Source: Sphyrna mokarran (lineage: Eukaryota). Taken from it: a DNA stretch of 64,000 bases. Positions 24,515 to 36,679 of the stretch are shown piece by piece. The first letter of the stretch is position 1. The number at the start of each line of letters is the position of its first letter. A program made the position numbers and the translations under genes. The DNA lies in contig JAGIQG010000016.1 of NCBI GenBank assembly GCA_024679065.1, positions 11,966,001-12,030,000 of the forward strand, given 5' to 3'. The notes below the pieces were generated by a model. The model did no database searches. It was given only the letters and a program-made list of their open reading frames with translations, and was not told the DNA's origin.

Positions 24515-25755
24515 TGAGGTGATGCATTTCGGGAGACAGAATGTAGGGGGAGGTATATGATAAAGGGTAGACCTATTAAGAGTATAGAAACGCAGAGGGA
24601 CCTGGGGGTGCAGGTGAACAAGTCTCTGAATGTGGCAGAGCAAGTGGAGAAGGTTGTGAAGAAAGCATATAGTATGCTAGCCTTTATAGGAAGGGGTATA
24701 GAGTACAAGAGCTGGCCTTTAATGTTGCAGTTTTATAAAACGCTTGTTAGACCTCCTTTGGAATACTGTGTCCAGTTCTGTTCGCCTTACTACCGGAAGG
24801 ATGTGGAAACTCTGGAAAGAGTGCAGAGGAGGTTTACCAGGATGCTGCCTGGTATGGAAGGACTGAATTACGAGGAGAGATTAGGCAAATTGAGACTGTT
24901 TTCCTTAGAAAGACGTAGACTTAGAGGAGATCTGATAGAGGTGTACAAGATTTTGAAGGGGATAGATAGAGTAAACAGGGCTAAGCTTTTTCCTAGGATG
25001 GACTCAAATAGCACGAGGGGTCACGGGCTTAGGGTGAGGGGGGTAAGGTATAATTTGAATGCTAGAGGGAGTTTTTTCACACAGAGGGTGGTGGGGGTAT
25101 GGAATGCACTGCCAATTAAAGTGGTGGAGGCAGGTACTCTGGAGTTATTTAAGAAATACTTAGATGGGCACATGAACAGAATGGGAATGGAGGGGTATAG
25201 AAAACCGATTTAAAATAGGGATCATGAGCCTTGGGAGTCCCTGGGAAGTGTGTAAATAGATGATGATATTGATGTACTTGTTTTTACCCTACAGGTGCTT
25301 TGTCCACCTTGTTGTCTAACAAGGGGCATACACGCGATGGGTCGTGAGAGGGCTGCTCTTGGATTTTTTTCGAGAGTATCCTACTGCTTCACGTCGTTAG
25401 TGTACGCTTGACCTGGACCATTTGATGGGCAACACGACAGCTCAGTGACTATCGCTGTGCTGTGCAGATACATGGATTTGGGCCTGTGTCTGTAGGAGTT
25501 TGCGCATTCTCCCCGTGCTTGCGTGGATTTTCTCCAGACGCTCCGGTTTCCTCCCACATCCCAAAGATGTGCTCTTAGGCTAATTGGCAAAACAAATTCT
25601 CCCTAAATTGTCTCAAATTTGTTTTTTAATCCATAGATCTATAAACATGGACAGGGATCGCGGGTAGAAGTGGGAACATCGAGGTGGCGGCGCGGGCTCG
25701 TTGGGCCGAGGGGCCTGTTTCACGTGCTGTTTTGTTCTTTGATCTTTGTTCTTTT
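24515..25755 (+). mobile_element. CR1 LINE 3' part (second subfamily) with long composite 3' UTR
   Basis: Uninterrupted ORF2 C-terminus 24557-25213 (QRDLGV, LVRPPLEYCVQF, LFSLERRRLRGDLIEVYK); tail gggccgagggg..(TTGTTCT)n. Confidence 0.95.
25427..25620 (+). mobile_element. HE1-like SINE body embedded in the CR1 3' UTR
   Basis: gtctgtaggagtttgcgcattctccccgtg..ctccggtttcctcccacatcccaaagatgtg. Confidence 0.8.
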
Positions 25756-26089
25756 TGACGTGTTTATTTGAAAGCCGCATACTTCTGTGGAATATATGTC
25801 AATCCCAAAGTTGATTAATAGGAGCACGCTACATTAAAACTACGCTATTAAATTAACAGTGCCAGATGGTCTAAATACAGTCAGCAATGCTGTCTTTGTC
25901 TTTAAATCTTGCGAGGAAGCATTGGGAACATTTTACATGTAATGGAACAACTAGTACAACGAGTTGCAAAAATCACATTCAAGAATCGGATTTGTGAACG
26001 AGAACAACTTTTTTTTTTTTGATTTCGGAATATTATCTAATTATCTGGTACAGGCGGCTGAGTGTCTTCTTTGCTGCACTCTAGGGAAG

Positions 26090-26124
26090 ATCGCTTCACG
26101 GCCTTTTGACTAAGACCAAAGGTA
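26090..26124 (+). pseudogene. U2 snRNA 5' fragment (about 35 nt) heading the Keno element
   Basis: ATCGCTTCACGGCCTTTTGACTAAGACCAA versus U2 ATCGCTTCTCGGCCTTTTGGCTAAGATCAA: 27/30 by hand against the U2 sequence as recalled. Confidence 0.85.
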
Positions 26125-27305
26125 TAATCAAACCAAAGGCTCGGATTTCACAAGGAGCCATCAAATTTTGATCAGGATTGTGGATTGAACAAGAAGGCTA
26201 GAGAAGCCCTCCAGACAACTGCCTGCACAGGAGAAGACAAAACTTGAGCTCTGCTGCTACTGGTGGATCTTCATGCTACTACAAGCCTCAGGCTTGGACA
26301 TAACGCCGGTACAGTTATACTCAGTTTTCGAAGTATGGCTGTAGATGCTCCGAAAGCTACAGGTTAAGGGCTGCCCAGCATCATCTGGATGAACCCTTCG
26401 GGACGAGACTTGTTTCAGGGCCGCGGTTACCTCGTGAAGAAATTATTATTCGAATGCTGCGGATTCCAAGCAATAAACACCTATGGTGTGGCTGTGTACA
26501 ACAACCAGCTGTATTTGAATGCCAGCTTCAGAAGTGTGTCGGGATGCGTCAAGTTCTTGACAGCGTTGAAGGAGAAAGAAAAAGAAGCCGCACGCCCCCC
26601 CCCCCCCCCCCTTCCCCGACGGCACAGCCCCTCTTGCCATGCTGCTTTCGCGAAACAAGACTATCACCTTCCAAATGTATAACCGCTACGTCCCTGTGGC
26701 TGACGTTTTGAATTTCCTCTTCAGCTACATGGAGCTGAAGGGAAAGCGCGCGGACGTGATGGACAAATATGGAATCTTAACCTGTAAAAGACAGCTGAGA
26801 GTCTCTTTGAAAACAAAACCAAGGAGGATTTCTGCATCCGCCCTTCAATTAAGCCATCGGAGGAAATCGAGAATTCCAGTCATACACGGAACAGCCACAA
26901 GTGTGCCGCATCTACGGCAAAACGGGTGATTTTGCAGCAAAATGCAGCACCACCTTCTGCAGCAGCTGCTTGAATGAGGGACACTCGACCAATGACTGCA
27001 AAGACAGCAGGTGTTGAAATCTGTGCAGAGAGGCTGGCCATTCCACCAAGTCTGCGCCAAGCAGAGGATCACCTATTCACAGATCACCAGAAGCGGAGCG
27101 AGGAAAGCAAGTGATCCTGCCGTCTCAGGGAACAAGAAGTCCGCCGCAAACGACGTTGGCACTGAGAAAACATCTGAAGCAAAGTTGAATTCCGCAGTGC
27201 AGCAGAATGATACATCCCCACCACCACCAGCAGAGGGCGCAGGGGCCATGACGCAGGAGCGTGGACATCTCGAGGGCCCCTTTAACGGTTTCTTAAATAA
27301 ATGTA

Positions 27306-27534
27306 GACAACATAGAACATAGAACATTACAGCACAGAACAGGCCCTTCGGCCTTCGATGTTGCGCCGACCAATATAAAAAGCAATGCCCTCCAAACTAA
27401 ACCATTCCCTTCTCTTCCATATACTTATCAACTAACCTCTTAAACGCCACCAATCTTGGCGCATCTACAACCGCTGCAGGCAGGGCATTCCACTCCCGAA
27501 CCACCCTTTGGGTAAAGAACCTGCCTCTGATATC
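27306..27534 (-). mobile_element. CR1 3' end nested in Keno, same family as the 8188 and 56582 copies
   Basis: catagaacatagaacattacagcacagaacaggccc...aagaacctgcctctgatatc, near-identical to 56581-56805. Confidence 0.95.
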
Positions 27535-30500
27535 GCGGCCAACTTATCCTATCTGGCCAATATCAAGGCCGACATACTGTTGTTGCACGGGCATGGAATA
27601 CCTCAGCTCAACAGATTGAGGAGTTCCATCTGGTCATGTGGGACCGACTGCCTTTCCTCTGGCTAAGGCGATTTGCTGCAAGGAAGCAACTTCACCATCT
27701 CTGAAGGGAAGCAGGTAATGCGAGGACACCCTCTCTTTGCAAACTTCATCTACAACAATTGCCTTCTCACGCTGATTAATGTGTATGGCCCTGGTGTCAA
27801 GACTGAGCCGCTGTACTTTTCGAACAGCTGCCACTGCTTCTCACCGCCTCCAGGCCAATCGTTTTCGATGTGGATTTTAACAGCATTATTGACAAGGTCA
27901 GTCGAGCAGCAGGGCTGGAAACAAACTGGGACGTAATGTCAAAAAGCTATGCTGGAAAAAAAAAACAAAGAGGCCAAGCTACTCGACGTATTCAGCAACC
28001 CAGCAGACGGAGGGCAACGTAGATATACGTGGTTGCGGTCAGACGAGCCTGTCCGGTCCAGTATCCACTTCATGTTTGTAACCCATACGCTCACAGTTAT
28101 CTACACCAACGTCAATCTGGTTCTTTTCGGACTACTGTCGCCTGCTAGCCGATTGTCAGCTGGAGGAAAAGCAGAAACTGGGCAGTCTTCCTGGATGATA
28201 AATGTAGAACTCTTGACCCCCAGAGACCCTCAACGAACTGAAAGGGTTTGCCGTGTTTACAGAACCGTGAGATCATTCTTTGAGTCCCCTACGCTCTGGT
28301 GGGAAATGATCAGGGGCAACACAAGAGGTTCAACATCCGCAAAGGGGTCCAGTAGGCCGATGAAAGATGGGGGCATGTCCCGACTCTAGAAAACATGCAG
28401 GAGCTACTCCAACTGCATGCTGGTGCAAAGGAGGATCGCTGAGAGATGAAGAACCAGCAAGCTTTCCTCTTCGAATCGGAGGACTCCAAAGCTATCTTCT
28501 GACCCAGGGGGCCATGGAGCAAGATGACACTTGCTGATGTTTCTTCTTCCAAAAAGTGCACAGACAAACCTCTGAGAACAGCAGCCTGAAAGAAGGAAAT
28601 GGATCCGTAAGGTCATTGTTGTCCGTCATTCTGAAGATCAGCAAATCCTTCTATGCTGGACTGTATGACCTGACGCCAACAGACAGCACAACCTCGTAGT
28701 CATTCCTGCCGAGTAACACACAGGTCTTTGACGACGGCGATTGGGAGAGCCTGAAGAGAGTATTATGTTTGGATAAGCTGGCAAAGCCCATCAAGTCCAT
28801 TCATAAGGATAAAAACTCCGGAAGTGACGGCTAACTGGCTGAGTTTTACTTGGCGTTGTTGGACTTGACGGGCCCAGAACCCGTATAATACAGTATGCTC
28901 TGGAAGGCAGCTTGCCAGAATCCATGACAAAAGACATCATTACGCTTAGTTGCAAGCAGAAAGGGGAAAGCAAAGAACTTAGAAATTGCAGGTCCATTTC
29001 AGTATTGTAAGTGAACTTGAAAAATCTGGCCAAGGTCATCCCCCACTGGATCAAGTCTCTTTGGGGTCAGTGATCCACCCTGATCAAACCTGTGCTATAC
29101 CTGGCAGAAAGATAGCCTTGCAATACCCGAGGATACAATCTCCTACATGCAGAACAAACAAGTGGATACATATCTCAATAGCCAAGAGCAGGAGAAGGTG
29201 TTTGACAGAATATCACACAGTGACATGAGGGATGTGCTTTCCAAAATAGGTTTTGAAGAGGGAATCCACAGTTGGATCCAACAATTTACACATATATCAG
29301 TAGCACCGTTTCAACCGGCGGGGGAGGGGGAATCAAATAGGTCTCAGATCAGGTCTGGTGTCAGGCAGAGCTGCCTCTCTCCTCTGTCCGTTTTGTATGT
29401 TGCACTTTACTCTTTGCGAGGCCCTCAAGAGAGTCCAAGGCGTCAAATGAATTGCAACCCCAGGCAGTGAATGCACGAACGACAAAACTTTCCTTTACAT
29501 GGATGATATGGCTACATTTTGTTCCGATCAATCCTCGGTTCGAAATTTCCTCCAATTTGTGAGCAGTGTGAGATCCTCTCCCGAACCAAAGTCATCCGGG
29601 GTAAGAGCGAAGCTATGTTCTTTGCGAACTGGGCTGACAGATCAGGTGTCCCTTTTGCCGTCAGTGCCGTTTACTTTAAGGTGATGGGTATATGGGTTGG
29701 CGAGACAAGGACACACGCCAAATACTGGGAAGAGCACATCACCAAAGCCAGGATAAAATTGAGATTGTGGGAGCAACGTTCCCTCTCTATAACAGAGAGA
29801 GAAAAAAAAACTGGTTATCCGGTGTGAGGTACTGTCTGTGTTGTTGTACGTATTGCAGGTGAGGCCTAAACCCCTATCATTTGCAGTACCAAAAAACCAT
29901 ACCATCTTCAAATTTACTGGAAGTCAATGATGGATCGTATCCAGAGGGAAGCAATGCACAAGTCTGCAGAGAATGGAGGAAAAACATTCCCAGTGCCTTC
30001 TCCCCCCACCCGCCGTCCTGATGGCCACTTTGTGTATGGATGCGTCAAGCTGTTTGGAGATTCTCTGTTCGCTAACAGCAAGTGGCACTATTTTTAACCT
30101 GTTCCAATTGTTGTTCAGGATGAGACTGGCCACACTGCCGTGGAACGCTCCAAGTACCTCTCTTTCATGAGGATTATTTTTTCTAAACATACTTTTGACA
30201 AAATTGCAGTCAAACAGTGGTCAGCACGGAACCTCCATGAAGCCCTGAGTGAAAAGGAAATGATGTATCCTGTCAGATGGTTCTCTGAGCGGACTATCAG
30301 TGTCATCTGAAAGTATGCCTCATCACCAGAACTTACAAAGGAGCACCAAGACATAGGTTGGTGGTGCTAAGGACAATTCCCGTCAGTTCCTTTATGCAAG
30401 GTCGAGTCTCAACATCATGGCACCCTGCGCTCAAAGTGGTACACTCGGCCTGCGTAATGTTGTGCTTATCTGAAAAGCAAAAAAAAAAACAGTGAGTTCT

Positions 30501-31395
30501 GATGTCTGAATATTGTTTAAGTACTGAAACGTGATCAGTGTAATGTTGGATATGTAATCGTAGTGTAGCACTGTAAAATTACGTTATTTGGCACAGATCG
30601 TAATTTTTGGACATGATGTTTTGCAATGGTTTATTTGAGATATTTTTACGAATAAAGTATTCCGGGGAAAATTGGACATGCAACATTTGCCAAGAAGTGG
30701 AAAGAGAAAGATCTCAAGTGATAAACAGGAGTTAAAACATCTGTTAGCTCCGGATGAGGACTTCACTGGCACATTCTGAGAAAAGTTGAACCAGCAACAC
30801 TTACCAAGAAGAGGGAAACGTAAGATATGGGCGCGAAGGCTTGGTCGTCTGGAGCTGATGGATAGGTTTGAAATACTTTGCAGTGAACACATGACATGCA
30901 ATGCAAGATGGCTCTGTCCTCAGTGTGTGGCGATCACTTTACCAATATCTATAAGGGACAGCTTCCTCTCTGACAGACAGATAGCGAGCATACTTGTCTT
31001 GGGTTTTCCTCCTATTCCAGCGCCTGATATGACAATTGGCAATCGTGCAGCCATGAACTAGGAAGCACAAGTGGTCACAGACAACGAATTTGCATTCGGA
31101 ATGCACGTTATCACTGATGTGTTCGTTCGATTAGTGACTTACTGCATACCATCAGCATATTTGTGCCTTGCAAAGTCAAATGTTGTGCTTTTAAGAGAGA
31201 GAGAAAAAAGACGAACTTTCTAAAATAGATTGCCATGTTGTCGTACAGGTAATTACTTTGCATACATCCAAAAGAAATATTTTAGAAATATGAAGAATAA
31301 TGATGTTTTGTTGTTGTTGTTGTTCTTGAAATTGATAGCCTTTAGCTTATTTGTTTGGTGTCAGACTTTTACAAAATTAGGTAAATAATATCACA

Positions 31396-32223
31396 TCCAT
31401 CCCCTTTGTTCTCTCTCTCGAAACGGCAACTACGGCCCAAATAATTTGTCAACTAGCACGTATGAATAAGGTCGCTTGGCTCCAGGTGAAATTCTTTTTT
31501 TTGTTACGGCAAATTTGGTATGGATTTTTTCCATGCAAGTTTTTAGAAAGTGTTAGGAAGTGCCTTTGAGTATGGCATGGATTAAAAAGATGATTGAGGG
31601 GAGTAAGGGAAGGGAAGGCTTTAATTACTGAAACAGTATTTGTAGTTGTCCTACATAAATAAGAGAAAATTTCTTGTATATTTGATAAACATTGGATAAT
31701 TTTTATGCCGCTTGAATCAACAATGAATTCTAATAACTGCATAGCGAGAGAGGTAGAGTTGGGCTTTGCCTGTTATTTAAGGTGATCGTTTTCACCTTCA
31801 GTAGGTGTATAAGAATACATAGAGGTGAGAGTTGGAGAGAAGAGGTGCCTACCATTTTGATTAGAAAGTTGTATCGGGTATCAAAAGCTATTGAGATCAA
31901 CCCTTACGGTGCACCCGCCGTTTGCGTTTGCAAACCACATGAGTTTCTACCCTTGCATTCCAATAGAAAAAAAAACTTTGCCAGATGTCGCTACTTCAAA
32001 ACGTAAACGAAAAAAAAACTATAACTGTGAATACGACTGCCTGTCGTAATTAGATATGTTCTTCGGTCATAATTTCGCATAGCTTTTGATAATATCGCAG
32101 CAAAGTTGTTCTCAACCTCAGGCATCTTATCCCTTACGTCGAGATGCACAAAGTGTTGGGCAGCAGTCCCGTTAATACACGAAGAATGAATAATAAATAT
32201 TGCTATTTACGTATCCTGTGTTC
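31396..32223 (-). pseudogene. Exon remnant, two CTLD parts
   Basis: ttttctatcag acceptor; GLISIAFDTRYNFL; QCLSNIQEIFSYLCR; PCHTQRHF..GKNPYQICRNKKKNFTWSQA. Confidence 0.7.
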
Positions 32224-32299
32224 CTGATAGAAAACATGGGGATTAAAGAAAACAAATAGCCAATGTTATCTCCTCGGGTTATTTTGTTAATGTGTGCAC

Positions 32300-32512
32300 A
32301 TCCGAGAAACATCTGAATGATGTTTCCCTTTTTATTCGATTGGTCATTCTCGGATCAAAAAAAAATCCAAATGTCAAAAGCCTGAAAGGCATTGAGTTTC
32401 TTGAATGCAATTTGTGAGGCTCAGAGCCATTATTTTTACATAGATGAAATACGGTCAATGTTGGCTTAAATTCGGGATTGCATGTGCATTTTTTTAATTG
32501 CAAAGCGATGAA
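32300..32512 (-). pseudogene. Exon remnant, CTLD middle (approx.)
   Basis: SLCN*KNAH ... KLNAFQAFDIWI. Confidence 0.45.
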
Positions 32513-32616
32513 CTGACAAACCTAACGCTGATATACTGGCATTTGACTTTAATATAATTAAATATTGTAATAAAGAAACTGAATGAAAATGGGGGGGGGG
32601 ATGGGCATTCGCGGGG

Positions 32617-32644
<28 letters not shown>

Positions 32645-32649
<5 letters not shown>

Positions 32650-33530
32650 GCACGTTGGTGGCGTTGTTGGACAAACTAGCAGATTAGGCACAAAAGTAAC
32701 AGATGGTAGCCAATGTTGAACAATATGAAATTATGCACTTTCGAAGGAGGAATGGGCCAGTATATTCTTTTGTAAATGGGAAAATGCTTTGGAAATAAAA
32801 AAAAAAGCTCAAAGGGATTGGGCAGTCATTTTTTTTTCAAGATTCTCTTAAGTTTAACATGCGGATTCCGTCGGCAGTTAGGAAAGCAAATGCAATCTTC
32901 GCGTTCATGTCTGTAGGAATAGAATATAAGAGCAGGACTGTTGTTCTGAGTTTGAATACGGTTCTGGATAGACTCTATTAGGAGTATTCTGAGCAGTTGT
33001 GCACCCTACATCTAATACAAGCATGTGCTGACCTTGGAAAGGGTCTAGAAGAGGTTCATAAGACTTACCCATGAAGTGAAAAGCTTGCTATAAGGTATGG
33101 TTTGAAGCCTTTGTGTATGTAGTTTAGATGGATGAGGTGGGCGGGGGGGGGAGAGAATCTTATTGAAACTTACAGGATATTGCGAGGCCTGAAAAGAGCA
33201 GACATGAAAAGGATACGTCCATTTGTTGGGAAAAAAATAACTAGAACCAGAGGATAGAACCTCAGACGAAAGGCAAATTTTAAAAAAATAAATCATAGAT
33301 GAAGAAGCGTTTCTTCAGCCGGAGTGGAGTGAATTCGTGATTTTTTTTTTTGCCACAAAAGGCCATGGCGGCAGGTTATTGAGTATCTTTGAGTATCATT
33401 AATTAATTGGGAGGAGGGGAACGTCAGGGTTATGGGGAAAAAGATGAAAAATGCCGATGAGAAAAAATGCCATGATAGAATGGCGGAATAGTCTCGATGC
33501 TCTGTTTGGCCTAATTCCGCATTTATGTCT
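32645..33530 (+). mobile_element. Old CR1 3' part preceded by a poly-G tract
   Basis: Degenerate EIMHF, GIEYKSR, LEYSEQ, LIETY remnants; CR1-type tail. Confidence 0.8.
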
Positions 33531-34039
33531 CATTCAAATTGCCTATAAACGTTACTGATGAACATAAAACTCTTGTCCAAATTCATCATAAATAATATAC
33601 GTTACTCACGAATGAGTTGCGGGGATGGACATATGCAAACATCGCCTCGTGTGCTTTACATATATATCCAATGTACCGCAATGTTGGTTCCTTTCAACTG
33701 ACCTTCGAAGTAGCAATTCGAATGGCAACTCGTAGTGGACAATAAATCTCGGCGCAACTAGCATTCTCAGATTCAATAACTAACACAACAAAAAATGTAA
33801 TGTATTTATCCGCAGTGTCAAAAATTAATCGTCACTAATTTCAGAACTTTATCTAACCATCTCAGAAATTGTACAGACGAGATGCCGCTTGGACACTCGA
33901 GGTGCTAGTCAGGGCCCTGTTTTAATATGGCATGCTTTAGCCAATTCCGACGACAGCTATCCTTCCATGCTCAAGATCGAGTGTCGCCAAATAATGTGAC
34001 CTTAAAATGTGAGACAAAATAAATATTTTAGTGCTTTGA

Positions 34040-34626
34040 CCTCGGATATCGGTTTGATTTAATGTCCAGCATTTGTTCCCCTACTTTTTTTTTCACGCAA
34101 ATTGAAGCTTTCCAGTCCAATCGAAGAGCATCAGGAGATTCAGTCAAATGAACTGCATGAAGTGCAGAATTGCATAACGATCAGAGAAGGAGTCGTTATA
34201 GTCTTTTTTTAGGACTCGAAAACGCATTGATGAAACCTCTTCCTCCAAAGGATGCCCTTGGCGTCGAGGATGAATTGCTTCACAACGAAAAATAATTAAG
34301 TGTAATTTTCGAACCCTCTCTGTAAAGAGCGGATATTCTTTATTTGCAGCTGCAATTTTTTGTCCGGCCATGGATCCCAGGGGTTCTCCAAGCTGTCAGA
34401 ACTTGTCTTCAGTCTGACCACAGTAATGGGGGTTGAGCTATTCATTTTTTTCCCCAGATGGTTTATTTTGCTGTGCATCCTGTTCGACCAGACATTATCA
34501 ATTGTCTCTGCACTGCGCAGACTTATGTCCAGCAAGCACAGTTTGTCAAATAATAACCATTGTTCTCCCTCCATGAAATGCATGTGATCAAACGTTTCAA
34601 GTAAGTTAAGCAAGCAAACGATGCAT
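34040..34626 (-). pseudogene. Exon remnant, CTLDs
   Basis: YASFACL; EGEQWLLFDKLCLLDIS; VGNKCWTLNQ. Confidence 0.6.
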
Positions 34627-34829
34627 CTACATGTTCGTGCTGAATATCAGTAAGTTATTCGAACGTCACCAAGCACCTATAATTTCCTTTATTCAGTATT
34701 AATTGGATTAATTTTGTTCGACTTTTAGTCCCATTGATTTCCCTTTCTGAATTCACGGCAAATGACTAGCTATTTCGTCTCTTTCCTGATCTCTCCGCCC
34801 CACCCCTCCTCCGCCCCCACACACACACC

Positions 34830-35005
34830 CCGCCACCCTACCAAGCATTTAATTAAGATGGCCAACCCGCCGTACCTGCAGTAAACACATGCATATGCGA
34901 AGAAACAATGTAAACTCAGTCGAGACAGTCAAATGAGCCTCGAATTGAACGATGGTCGCTGGCGCCCTCATGCAGCAGGCCTGCAAATGTGCCGCATTGC
35001 TGCAA
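34830..35005 (-). mobile_element. Degenerate HE1-like SINE
   Basis: tgtaaactc..gacagtc..cgaattgaac..ggtcgctggcgc. Confidence 0.55.
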
Positions 35006-35146
35006 TCGAGTATGTTTGCACTTTGAACCAGATGGATGATTGAATTTGAACTTTTCGTTAGTTACAGAGTCAATCAACGAAAATACCGAAAAAAAATGTT
35101 GAATATAATTCAATTTTCTGCCCTTCGTGTACATCGGGTTACTCAC

Positions 35147-35263
35147 AACTGGGAGATGACTTAACACATGCAACAGCCGACCATATTGTATTCTCAAAAC
35201 ATACAGACAAAAAAAAACTTCGTTTTCAAATTTGCAAATATTGTCTACAACTAGTACGAAATC
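35147..35263 (-). pseudogene. Exon remnant, CTLD end
   Basis: gtgagt donor; TIWSAVACVKSS; splices in phase to YASFAC of the next exon. Confidence 0.6.
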
Positions 35264-35379
35264 CTGCACTATTTTGTTTGCATTGAAAACAAGGATCACT
35301 TTCATTCTCACCAAACTTTTGTTTCAGAGCGTTGTAATCTGCACATTTAAAAAAAAACACACACGAAAGGAAACAGTAT

Positions 35380-35575
35380 TTATCTAGATTGATTTTTTCA
35401 TATGATAATGACCGATGCTGTCAGTAGATTTATGGAATGATACCAACAGTGCTGAGTTTTTGTGTATTCCGACCACTGATTTAGCGATAAGCGCCCCTCC
35501 GAGACTTGAAGCTAAATGCCAGGAAGTCCTGTGATGAACGAGCAGATAAACAGCAATACAGGAAAATTGCGTCAT
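35380..35575 (-). pseudogene. Exon remnant, CTLD first half (approx.)
   Basis: SCIAVYLLVHHRTSWHLASSLGGAL...KSI*I. Confidence 0.6.
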
Positions 35576-35974
35576 TTCATTTAGAAAAACCGAAATGTCA
35601 TCGAATAATATAATAGCATTTTTTTTTTGGCTGAAGGGCCTGCATTATTTTTAAAAGCCATATTTGTACCGTTTGTATTGCCTACAATGTCATGGTTGAG
35701 GAATTACAGGCACTTTTTTTTTTAACCAAGGAAGACCCACATATACCGCTTAAATCATATCATACCTTGTGCCATTCGGTTTCAAACAGAAATGTTTTAT
35801 TTTATTAATTTTGTTTTTTTTTTTGGAAAACGGGTTTCCAAAACCGTGGAAAGTGGTAAGCGAAACACATTTATTTTTTTCCCCCATGTGCCTGATTCAG
35901 AAATGTTTGCAGGCGCCTTAGCTCCTTGATTTTGCTAACACACGCATAGAAAAAAAAAACGAGAATCAAATTAT

Positions 35975-36232
35975 TCTCACAGTGGAAAGGAGGATGTTCG
36001 TTCCATCATTTTGACAACATCCTTCACATCTTAGAAGGCGAAGAGATAATTTACCATTACCAATCCAACTATCCTGCAACTATTTGGACTGGTGCAGGAA
36101 AATGGGCTACCCGAAGAAATCTCAGGACGGCACGTGAAGAATGTTCCAACCACATAGAATGAACCGATGCCCGTATTGAATCCAGGTCCCTTTTGAAGTG
36201 ATGTAGCAGTGCCGTGCCACTGTGCCTACCAC
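35975..36232 (-). mobile_element. Degenerate HE1-like SINE
   Basis: tttggactgg..acccgaagaaa..attgaatccaggtccc..ccactgtgcc. Confidence 0.65.
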
Positions 36233-36679
36233 AGATTAAATGCATTCCAGCCACATATTGATCACCAATTAATACTCCTTTTTTTCTGTCTGTGGCAGAA
36301 ATTAATTGTCTTCAAATAGAAGTCGTATGCATGGAACATAAATGGTATTTCACACCTCATATTATGGTTCCAAAATTAATAATTACTTCATCATAGAATT
36401 TTGTACAGAAATGACACACAATTTCAGAAAACTCGCTGCAAATCAGGGACAGATCACAGGAAATGTGCTGTTTAAACAATTGGGAATTATACTGATGGGA
36501 AAAGTTACATGAATGTATCATTAAAACGATTGAATATAACTATGGAGTAAACACGAAATCTGCAATAGCGCTCAAAAGAGGAACCTAATGGTCGTAACTT
36601 TGAGAGGAAACGTGAAGGGTTTTACGAAATTCATGAAAACAGATCTTCGAATGTTTTGTCAATTGTCTTTTGAAGTTGA

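Larger units (their letters stand above)
26090..30662 (+). mobile_element. Tx1-clade non-LTR retrotransposon, Keno-like, near full-length, degenerate
   Basis: ORF1 with three CCHC knuckles at about 26903-27060 (CSSCLNEGHSTNDC). ORF2 APE (ADILLL, INVYGP) and RT (DQTCAIPGRKI, EKVFDRISH, SGVRQS, YMDD). AATAAA at about 30651. Confidence 0.9.
24092..31187 (-). pseudogene. Very large multi-CTLD exon remnant split by Keno and a CR1
   Basis: Strong acceptor tcttttttctctctctcttaaaag; HNI*L, EAVPYRYW*SD..EPSCIA; KCSQ..RFKD/QHC*LY..FNVACS; across the CR1: RQFFFITQRRNISMDKLKW...RC*ML...KRLEVYCG...VCPG. Confidence 0.6.

Noticed and set aside
26090-26124. Functional U2 snRNA gene
   Set aside because: Only about 35 nt, mutated near the branch-pairing region, with no Sm site or 3' stem-loops.
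30670-30830. Reelin/BNR Asp-box similarity (SW..L....EC)
   Set aside because: Lacks the S-x-D-x-G-x-T/S-W core; the resemblance is too weak.
32589-32647. Functional G-quadruplex element
   Set aside because: Homopolymer expansion at the edge of a decayed CR1, possibly a sequencing artefact; no supporting context.
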